Assembly (NCBI GenBank): GCA_035464315.1
Contig: DATHSI010000227.1
Span: 1 to 42,078 of the forward strand
From: Candidatus Sulfomarinibacteraceae bacterium
Lineage (GTDB): Bacteria; Chloroflexota; Anaerolineae; Promineifilales; Promineifilaceae
DNA: 42,078 nucleotides
Direction of reading: 5' to 3'
The notes beneath the pieces were generated by a model, which saw only the letters and a program-made list of their open reading frames with translations, did no database searches and had not been told where the DNA came from. The translations under genes were made by a program, and so were the position numbers. Below are positions 1 to 6,979 of this stretch, in pieces. The first letter of the stretch is position 1, and every line of letters starts with the position of its first letter.

Positions 1-825
1 GTCGCCCGGATCGCCGCCCCACATTGGCCACTCGCGGTGGCGGGCGTAGACGGTGAATAACCCTTCATTCGTTTCCCACCCTTCGAGCCCGGAGGCGGTC
101 AGACCGGCGTAGACCATGCGGTCCCCCTCATAGGCCGCAAAAATCTCTTCGAAAAGATCCACAGCGACCCAGTACTCGTCTTCGCCAACTTCTTCAGGTC
201 GTGGAGCCACGTCAACCAGGGCCAGGAACGTCTGCTTGACCCACTGCCCGTTGCCAATGTCCATCCATAGCCAACCGTCATCGCCCAGAGCCACGTCGTA
301 AATCTCTACGAACGTGTATCGCGGCAGCCAATCACTGCCCTCCGGGGGCGGCTGGTCGGGGCCGGGCGCCGGCTGCGCCCTTTGCATCAGCCAGCCGAAG
401 GGGCGCTCCGGCTGCCGGTTCACTTCCACGCCTGTCAGACGGCTGCCATTGTAGTGGTGCATGGTCTCGGCCCGTGCATACTCATTGTCCGCTACCTTGT
501 ACCATTGGTTACCGGCTTCATCGGCGACGACGCCTTCAATGGTGTAATAGAGGATACCCACCGTCCCTTCCACAGCAATCTCCGCATCCGCTGTGGGTTG
601 TGTGTAGAGGGGGGCGTGATCCTCAAGCCAGGAGTAGGTGCGGTTGAACATCAGGCCGCCGGATCGGAAACCGGGACCGGAGAATGTAGCGGGTTCAGGC
701 CGCGCGTCGCAGACATAGACGCCGGCCACCGATCGCTGGCAGTTGGCAGCCTCCGCCCGGTCGGCAAAAAAGGCCAGGGTCAGGAGCAGTATTGGGCCAA
801 TCAGGAGCAGACGAAGTTTTTTCAT
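1..825 (-). CDS. L,D-transpeptidase (YkuD domain) paralog, 3' part truncated by window edge
   Basis: Not in the ORF track because it runs off the window edge. Reverse translation from ATG (complement of 823-825) gives MKKLRLLLIGPILLLTLAFFADRAEA (signal peptide). The remainder is clearly paralogous to the 924..2024 protein (e.g. GDDGWLWMDIGNGQWVKQTFLALVDVAPRPEEVGEDEYWVAVDL vs SDGWLWYDIGDGQWVRENYLSIVDLTPRPEEVGEDEFWVDVDL). Nucleotide-level similarity is also visible. Confidence 0.6.
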   Translation of the reverse strand, partial: MKKLRLLLIGPILLLTLAFFADRAEAANCQRSVAGVYVCDARPEPATFSGPGFRSGGLMFNRTYSWLEDHAPLYTQPTADAEIAVEGTVGILYYTIEGVVADEAGNQWYKVADNEYARAETMHHYNGSRLTGVEVNRQPERPFGWLMQRAQPAPGPDQPPPEGSDWLPRYTFVEIYDVALGDDGWLWMDIGNGQWVKQTFLALVDVAPRPEEVGEDEYWVAVDLFEEIFAAYEGDRMVYAGLTASGLEGWETNEGLFTVYARHREWPMWGGDPGD

Positions 826-923
826 AGCTTTAATCTGGTCAGGCGTGTTGGCAACATCAGACAAAATGACTGTGCGCCAACCGGGCCGTCACGTTAACAG
901 TACGACATTCAGTGGGCCGCAAC

Positions 924-2024
924 TCAATCGGCCAGCGTGGGCGCGGCGACCGTCGTGTGATCGCTGTACTGCGCCAGTATGTGGTCGGGCGCCTTCTTCT
1001 GAACCAGCACCCACAGGTCGTTGGGCGCCTTCTCCGACCAGAAGAAGACCCACTCGGCATCTCGCGGCGGCATGTTCACACAACCGTGACTCCGTTGCCG
1101 TCCAAATAGATTGTGCCAATAAGCGCCGTGTAAAGAAATACCTCCGTCAAAGTACATGGAATGGGGGACGTGCTCAATATTGTAGAAATCATCGCCGACC
1201 TCACCACCGGACATGGGCGCGGAGAGGTGACGATCCCACACCTGAAACAGGCCGGGTCGTGTGGGCCAGCGATCGAGACCGCTGGAAACCAGTGAGGCGT
1301 AAACCATGTCGTCCCCTTCGTAGGCAGCGAAGACCTGCTCGGTGAGATCGACATCTACCCAGAATTCATCTTCTCCCACCTCTTCAGGGCGCGGTGTGAG
1401 GTCCACGATGGAAAGGTAATTCTCTCTGACCCACTGCCCGTCGCCGATGTCGTACCATAACCAGCCATCAGACCCTTCGGCAGCATCGTAAATCTGTACG
1501 AAGTCATAGCGCTCCAGGAAGGTGCGTTGTCCTTCCGGGGGCACAGGACCCGCGGGAGTGGACCGCAGGATCCATGTGTCCAGCATCCAGCCGAAGGGGC
1601 GAGACGGTTGGCCGTTAATCTCCATACCGGTGAAAGGTGTACCTTCCACAATGTTTACGTAGCCGGAGAGCGTCCAGCCGCCCATCATTTTGAACCACCG
1701 GTTGCCATCAGCATCTGTAGCAACGCCCTGGATGGTATTGTAAAGGAAGCCAACGCCGGCATCGCCGATAAGTGGCGCGTCCAGGGTGGGCTCGGCGTGC
1801 AGAGGCGCGTGGTCTTCGATCCAGGAGTAGGTAAAACGGGACAGGATGCTGTCCTCGCGGGGTTCCGGCGTCACGAACTGCGCCGGCTGCGGACGCGCAT
1901 CGCAAACGTAGCCCATAACGGGGGAGGCGATATAACAGGCCGCAGCCTCGCCGCGCGAGACGTTAAGGAACAGGGCGGCCAGCAAGACAGCGGCGGATGC
2001 GAAGAAAATGACAGTGCGTTTCAT
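924..2024 (-). CDS. secreted L,D-transpeptidase (YkuD/ErfK domain)
   Basis: N-terminal signal peptide MKRTVIFFASAAVLLAALFL. C-terminal motif HGCVNMPPRDAEWVFFW matches the catalytic His/Cys region of L,D-transpeptidases. Confidence 0.75.
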   Translation of the reverse strand: MKRTVIFFASAAVLLAALFLNVSRGEAAACYIASPVMGYVCDARPQPAQFVTPEPREDSILSRFTYSWIEDHAPLHAEPTLDAPLIGDAGVGFLYNTIQGVATDADGNRWFKMMGGWTLSGYVNIVEGTPFTGMEINGQPSRPFGWMLDTWILRSTPAGPVPPEGQRTFLERYDFVQIYDAAEGSDGWLWYDIGDGQWVRENYLSIVDLTPRPEEVGEDEFWVDVDLTEQVFAAYEGDDMVYASLVSSGLDRWPTRPGLFQVWDRHLSAPMSGGEVGDDFYNIEHVPHSMYFDGGISLHGAYWHNLFGRQRSHGCVNMPPRDAEWVFFWSEKAPNDLWVLVQKKAPDHILAQYSDHTTVAAPTLAD

Positions 2025-2362
2025 AGGGGCAGGATACTCCTCCTCATCGTTTCTAGCACTATACTGGCCCGTCCTGGCCTCTACCTGTCGCGCCGGCGAC
2101 GAAAAGAAGGCGCTTTTCCTTCGGACAGTGATCCCTTGACATACGGTCTATCCCTGCGGACAGGGGTATTATACGTCAAAGTGTCACAGATTGAAGTAAG
2201 ATAAGTTACCTGATTGTACCATAATCCGCGTTGCGATCCATTGGTTTGTGGCGCTGGCGGTAAGGAATACTTACAATCTAAGTGAACGAGAAAACAAGCC
2301 GCCCGAGTATGGGTGATGTCGAAAGGACGGAGAAACCGTTAGTAGAATCAATTGGAGTTGGC

Positions 2363-3010
2363 ATGTCGCAGGACACAGACCCGGATGACGATTGGCGCGA
2401 TGCCGTGCGCGAGGCGATGCATGAGGCAACGCTTCACGAAGCGCAGCAGCGCTTTGACAGCAGGGAGCCAGTTTACAATTATCGCTGGGAGCATGTGCGA
2501 GCTGTTCGTACGCTGGCCCTGAAGCTGGCACGGATGATGGGAGCCGACGAGGAGGTTGTGGAGGCCGCGGCATGGCTGCACGATGTGCGCAAGGTGGCCG
2601 GTGAGGAACACCCTGAAGAGGGGGCCGAATTTGCGCGCCGTTTCCTGGCCCAGACCAATTTTCCCCCCCATAAGATCGAACGCGTGGCCCAGGCCATTGC
2701 CGCGCACAAGGGGCTGTGGCGCGAGGAACCGTTACAGAGCGTGGAGGCGCAGGTGTTGTGGGATGCGGATAAACTCTCCAAGCTTGGCCTGACCGCCGCC
2801 TTCCACTGGACGGGGATGAGCTTCGCCAATGGCAATCCGCTGAGTACCGAAGACCTGATCGCCATGGCCCGCGATACCGATTGGCAGGAGAGGACTGTCG
2901 CCAGCATGCACACCCCGGCGGCGCGCCGGACCGCCGCAGAACGGTTGGCTTCGTATAACAAGCTCTGGGATTCTCTTGAGGCGGAACTGGAGGGGCGGGA
3001 TTTGCAGTGA
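2363..3010 (+). CDS. HD-domain metal-dependent phosphohydrolase
   Basis: Motifs AAWLHDVRKV and LWDADKL (the H...HD...D pattern of the HD superfamily). ATG at 2363 is preceded by GGAG at a 5-nt spacing. The ORF track starts earlier at a GTG (2282); which start is used is uncertain. Confidence 0.6.
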   Translation: MSQDTDPDDDWRDAVREAMHEATLHEAQQRFDSREPVYNYRWEHVRAVRTLALKLARMMGADEEVVEAAAWLHDVRKVAGEEHPEEGAEFARRFLAQTNFPPHKIERVAQAIAAHKGLWREEPLQSVEAQVLWDADKLSKLGLTAAFHWTGMSFANGNPLSTEDLIAMARDTDWQERTVASMHTPAARRTAAERLASYNKLWDSLEAELEGRDLQ

Positions 3011-3013
3011 ATG

Positions 3014-3073
3014 GGGATCGGAGATTAGCGATTAGTGAGCGAAACTGATTCAATCGCCAATCGCCAATCCCTA
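3014..3073. repeat. imperfect inverted repeat built from GATTAG/GATTGG heptad-like units (copy A of GGAGATY-type element), exactly between convergent stop codons
   Basis: Left arm ggggatcggagattagcgattagtgagcg, right arm attcaatcgccaatcgccaatcccta. Right arm is roughly the reverse complement of (GGCGATTG)n. The left arm contains TAG/TAG/TGA covering all three frames. Confidence 0.5.
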
Positions 3074-3074
3074 C

Positions 3075-4322
3075 TCAACCACCTTTATAGAAAAAGTCCG
3101 TCACCACTGGGTGTACATAACCAGGGCGGAACAGCGCCTGCCATTCCCAGGTGTCGTCGAAGCTGCCGCCTTCCCGGTTGGCCAGGGCCCAGTAGCTGAA
3201 GGCCATGAAGTATGGTTCCGCGTTCTGCATATAGCCGTACTGGTAGCGCAACAGGCGCGTGACCGTTTGCGGGTTGTCGCTATAGCTGCCGCCTTCGGTG
3301 CCAATCATGGGCAGAGAGCGATGCAGGTGGTTGCGCACGATCTGGTCATAGTTGCGGAAAAGCAGGAAACCGTGGGGATCGTCCAGCGGGCGCGTGCCGT
3401 GGTAATTGTGTACGGAGAGCCAGGCCCAATTTAGCACTGCCGTGTCGCCATTATATTTAATGGCGCGCAGGGTGCGGTCCAGGAAGGCGTAGTGGTCGTA
3501 AGCGCCGCCGGGACTCAGCGCACCGAAGCCGGGCAGGCCTCCGTTGGCGATCACCTGTCGCGCTTCATCAGTCCACACCCGCGCATAGAGGTTGGGGTTC
3601 GCCGATCCCTGGTGGTTCTCATCGTTCACGTTTGGCTCGTTGTAGAGTTGGAAATAATAGACGCCGCGCTGGCGGTAGTGGGCAACCATGGCGCCCAGAT
3701 CGCCGTCGTGAGGCGTCAGGGTGCTGCGGTAGACGCGCATGACGGGCATGATGCCATTTGCCACCAGGCGATCTACCAGATAATCGTTGTCGCCGATGTT
3801 GGTGCCGTCATTGAGAAAGACCACCCACTTGATGTGCATTTTCACCATTTCGGCCACAAAACGATCCACGACGGCCGGTTCCTGCTTCACGGTGGGGATC
3901 CAATGCATGCCCCAGCCGTTGTCGCCCGCGGGCCGCGGGTAGGCCTCGACAGGAATCATGTCTCTGGGGCCGTACTCTGTGAGCGGGCGCACGTCGGATG
4001 TGGCGGTAGGCGTCGGCGTCGTGGTTGGCGTTTCAGTCGGCGTGGATGTGGGCGTGATCGGGGTGTTGGTGGGAATGGGCAGGGGGGTGGCTGTCGCTGC
4101 TCGTTCCCGGGTTGGCGGTGGCTTTGTCGCGGGCGCCGTAGGCGGCGGCCCGGCCGGCGTCCAGGTCGGTGGGATAACCGTCTCCGTGGGCGTTGCAGTC
4201 TGCGCCGCGGAGGCCAGAGTAGGCAGCGCAGCCATAGCCTCCAGTGGCGGCAACTGGCAGCCGCTTAGAGACCATGCCAGCAGAAAAAGCGTGATTCTTC
4301 CCAGGCGGGAAAACGTTCTCAC
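3075..4322 (-). CDS. lipoprotein glycoside hydrolase, clan GH-A (GH5-like TIM barrel) with Pro/Thr-rich linker
   Basis: Lipobox LSGC after a signal peptide, then a long PT-rich linker. QLYNEPN (NEP acid/base motif) and MIGTEGG (TExG nucleophile motif) are typical of clan GH-A families. Confidence 0.55.
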   Translation of the reverse strand: MRTFSRLGRITLFLLAWSLSGCQLPPLEAMAALPTLASAAQTATPTETVIPPTWTPAGPPPTAPATKPPPTRERAATATPLPIPTNTPITPTSTPTETPTTTPTPTATSDVRPLTEYGPRDMIPVEAYPRPAGDNGWGMHWIPTVKQEPAVVDRFVAEMVKMHIKWVVFLNDGTNIGDNDYLVDRLVANGIMPVMRVYRSTLTPHDGDLGAMVAHYRQRGVYYFQLYNEPNVNDENHQGSANPNLYARVWTDEARQVIANGGLPGFGALSPGGAYDHYAFLDRTLRAIKYNGDTAVLNWAWLSVHNYHGTRPLDDPHGFLLFRNYDQIVRNHLHRSLPMIGTEGGSYSDNPQTVTRLLRYQYGYMQNAEPYFMAFSYWALANREGGSFDDTWEWQALFRPGYVHPVVTDFFYKGG

Positions 4323-4607
4323 AATGCGGTGTCCGGTCGTTCTGTTGCCATGGTGTCATCTCCTATCGTGAGTGTAAGAAGAAAAGCCCGAGACGAAATG
4401 GGTAAATGTGGCTAGAGGCGCCCACGCCCGTTTGCGGCCGGCCGGAGCCGCTTAACATAGCGCAATTGTACTAGTCCGTTAGAACTCTGCACATAATTGT
4501 CGCAAGCAGTATAATATTAAGGGTAGGGAACTCCATCTTCCTACAAGGATGCCTTCACCTGTGAAAGGAGGTACCCGTCGCCAGCTTCTGCATGTCCCCA
4601 ATGGCCA

Positions 4608-5588
4608 TTGTGTGGGCAATCGATCCCAAAACGAGCTCAAGGAGAAATTCCGACCCTGTTTGATAGCATTGCAGATATTCCAGGAGTTGATCAGGATCTG
4701 TCGCCAGAGGCGCGCCAGGGGCTGCAGTTGTTTTGGGACGTATACCGCGAGCGTTATCAGGACGCCGAGCGCCACCTGCAGCAGGAGATGGCCGATCATG
4801 AGGTGTTTGGCAAATTTGTAAAGCAGGTAGATCCGGATCAGGCTGCCGAGCAGGGCAGACGCTCGTATCAACTACTTGACGACGCCATTCGTAATGACAA
4901 CTGGGGCGCTTACTTCAGTCACCTGGGCCAGCAGGGCGCCTATTATGCCCATCGCGACGTGCGTTTTGCCAGCTGGTTTGAAGTGATTCGTAGCCTGGAG
5001 CGTTTCATAATTCCACACCTCATCGACGCTTACGGGGACGACGAGGCCCAGTTTGAACTCGCGCTGTGCGGCATGTCCACCTACGTGACGATGTCTACGG
5101 CGGTGCTCAGTGAAGCGTATATGTCGGCGAAAGAGGAAACGATTGTGCGACAACGGGAAGCGATCCGCGAGCTTTCCACACCCGTGTTACAGTTGCGCGA
5201 CGGATTGTTGATCTTGCCGATTATCGGTGTGCTGGACACGCAGCGCGCGCAACAGTTGACCCACACGCTATTGCACGCCATCCGCCGCCTGCGGGGGCGT
5301 ATTGTGGTCATCGATGTTACCGGCGTGCCCGTCGTAGACTCGCAGGTAGCCAGCTATCTGATACAGACGGTGGATGCTGCACGGCTTATGGGCGCCAAAT
5401 CGATATTGACCGGCCTTTCGCCGGAAGTTGCCCAGACGTTGGTCACCGTTGGCGTCGACCTGCGGGCGGTCTTGACGTTGGGCGATCTTCAGAGTGGTTT
5501 GGAGAAAGCGGAGCATTTCCTGGGATACCGCGTGGAAAAGCATGACGATACTGGCTATTGGGATGGGGGCCAGGAGCAGATACCGTGA
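4608..5588 (+). CDS. rsbR: RsbR-like stressosome sensor (N-terminal non-heme globin-like domain + C-terminal STAS)
   Basis: C-terminal STAS signature LLILPIIGVLDTQRAQQLTHTLL...IVVIDVTGVPVVDSQVASYL. The N-terminal ~170 aa helical domain has RsbR-like architecture. The start codon is uncertain: the frame has no ATG near the N-terminus and the track start at 4608 is a TTG. Confidence 0.7.
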   Translation: MCGQSIPKRAQGEIPTLFDSIADIPGVDQDLSPEARQGLQLFWDVYRERYQDAERHLQQEMADHEVFGKFVKQVDPDQAAEQGRRSYQLLDDAIRNDNWGAYFSHLGQQGAYYAHRDVRFASWFEVIRSLERFIIPHLIDAYGDDEAQFELALCGMSTYVTMSTAVLSEAYMSAKEETIVRQREAIRELSTPVLQLRDGLLILPIIGVLDTQRAQQLTHTLLHAIRRLRGRIVVIDVTGVPVVDSQVASYLIQTVDAARLMGAKSILTGLSPEVAQTLVTVGVDLRAVLTLGDLQSGLEKAEHFLGYRVEKHDDTGYWDGGQEQIP

Positions 5589-5959
5589 CCGTACCTGTTC
5601 TAAAGCAACATCACTTTCTGATCGCATCCGTGCAGAGCGCGCTGACGGATGATGACATGGAGGACATGCAGCGCCGGCTGGTGCTCCGTGTGGGCGACGA
5701 TCGCATTCGGGGTGTGATTATTGACGTTACAGTCGTAGACGTGTTGGACTCCTACTCCTCGCGCACTCTGCGCGCGATTGCCGACATGATTCGACTGCGT
5801 GGTGCGGAGACCGTGATCGTGGGCATCCAACCAGATGTGGCCTTCGCCATGATTCAACTGGGACTCACGCTGGAGGATATACCCACAGCCCTGGATCTGG
5901 AAGAAGGGATTCGTCTTCTGAACGCGCGGATCCGAAGGCATCACCATTATGGACAGTGA
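5585..5959 (+). CDS. rsbS: RsbS-like STAS-domain stressosome scaffold / antagonist protein
   Basis: Single STAS domain (VLDSYSSRTLRAIADMIRLRGAETVIVGIQPDVAF). A GTG at 5585 overlaps the rsbR stop (GTGA). The track ORF begins at 5558. Confidence 0.7.
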   Translation: MTVPVLKQHHFLIASVQSALTDDDMEDMQRRLVLRVGDDRIRGVIIDVTVVDVLDSYSSRTLRAIADMIRLRGAETVIVGIQPDVAFAMIQLGLTLEDIPTALDLEEGIRLLNARIRRHHHYGQ

Positions 5960-6368
5960 GAAACGGGTTGCGATTCAAGGTACGAGCGACATCGTCAGCG
6001 CCCGCCAGCAGGGCCGCCAGTTGGCCATAGATCTCGGTTTCAGTACCAGTGACCAGGCTTTGATCGCCACGGCCATCTCCGAGGTGGCGCGCAACATTGT
6101 TCTATACGCCAGGTGGGGCGCGATCACTTTCTCCATCGTCGAGAAAAACGGGCGGCGGGGTATGCGCATCGTTGCCACCGATGATGGGCCAGGAATTAAA
6201 GACGTTGAGCTTGCCATGCAGGATGGCTATTCCACAAGCCAGGGGCTGGGTCTGGGGTTGCCCGGCGCCCGTCGTCTGATGGACGATTTTGAACTTGAGT
6301 CAGAAGTGGGACGCGGCACGACCATCGTCATGAGCAAGTGGTTGAAACCTGATATCGTCCGGCCGTGA
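5949..6368 (+). CDS. rsbT: RsbT-like serine kinase (GHKL/HATPase_c anti-sigma-regulatory-factor type)
   Basis: 139 aa with ISEVARNIVLYA...TDDGPGIKDVELAMQDGYSTSQGLGLGLPGARRLMD, typical of RsbT/RsbW-type kinases. It sits directly after the STAS protein and overlaps the rsbS 3' end. Confidence 0.7.
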   Translation: MDSEKRVAIQGTSDIVSARQQGRQLAIDLGFSTSDQALIATAISEVARNIVLYARWGAITFSIVEKNGRRGMRIVATDDGPGIKDVELAMQDGYSTSQGLGLGLPGARRLMDDFELESEVGRGTTIVMSKWLKPDIVRP

Positions 6369-6979
6369 GTGTAGGCAGGATCATCGAAGTTGGCGTGGCG
6401 GCTGCTCCTCATCCGGGCCAACTGGTTTCTGGAGATCGCCACACCATCGTACAACGCGAGGAAGGAGACGTGCTGGTTGCACTGGTCGACGCCCTGGGTC
6501 ACGGTCAGGAGGCCGCCGCGACGGCGGCGGCGGCCGTAACCGCGATTGAGACGTATGCCGGAGAGTCGTTGGTAACGCTGGTCGAGCGTTGCCATGAGAA
6601 GTTGCGACGCTCGCGGGGCGTGGCCATGAGTCTGGCTCACTTTTCGCCCGGCGGACGTCTGCGCTGGCTCAGCGTAGGCAATGTGGACGGTGTGCTCCTC
6701 AGTAGCGACCACAACAATCTCTTTAGCACAAGGCACATGGTGTTGCGTGGAGGAGTTGTTGGTTACCGCCTTCCCCCGCTCAAACTTCGAGAGATAGACG
6801 TCTCAGCGCGCGATATCATGATCATGGCCACAGATGGCATCCGGCGGGACTTCGCCGCGGCTGCCCACGCCGGCAGACAGGACCCCCAGGTCCTTGCTGA
6901 CTCTATTCTGCAGAGGTATGGGCGAAGGTCTGATGATGCACTGGTTCTCGTCGCCGAATATCGTGGAGAAACGTCATGA
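6365..6979 (+). CDS. rsbX: RsbX-like PP2C/SpoIIE-family serine phosphatase
   Basis: LVALVDALGHGQEAA and MIMATDGI motifs of PP2C-type phosphatases. ~200 aa single domain, as for RsbX. GTGA overlap with rsbT. Confidence 0.65.
   Translation: MSVGRIIEVGVAAAPHPGQLVSGDRHTIVQREEGDVLVALVDALGHGQEAAATAAAAVTAIETYAGESLVTLVERCHEKLRRSRGVAMSLAHFSPGGRLRWLSVGNVDGVLLSSDHNNLFSTRHMVLRGGVVGYRLPPLKLREIDVSARDIMIMATDGIRRDFAAAAHAGRQDPQVLADSILQRYGRRSDDALVLVAEYRGETS

Noticed and set aside
2271-3053. 260-aa minus-strand ORF antisense to the HD-domain gene
   Set aside because: Pro/Arg/Ala-rich low-complexity translation typical of an out-of-frame GC-rich artefact. The plus-strand frame has clear HD motifs.
3492-4371. 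Plus-strand ORFs (258 aa, 137 aa) antisense to the GH gene
   Set aside because: Gly/Arg/Val-rich antisense of the PT-linker and barrel regions with no domain signal. The minus frame has the signal peptide and NEP/TExG motifs.
4497-4515. Possible -10 element TATAAT (4510-4515) in the divergent region upstream of rsbR
   Set aside because: No acceptable -35 at 16-18 nt spacing (TTGTCG lies only 7 nt away), so I did not call a promoter. The RsbR start itself is ambiguous because there is no in-frame ATG.
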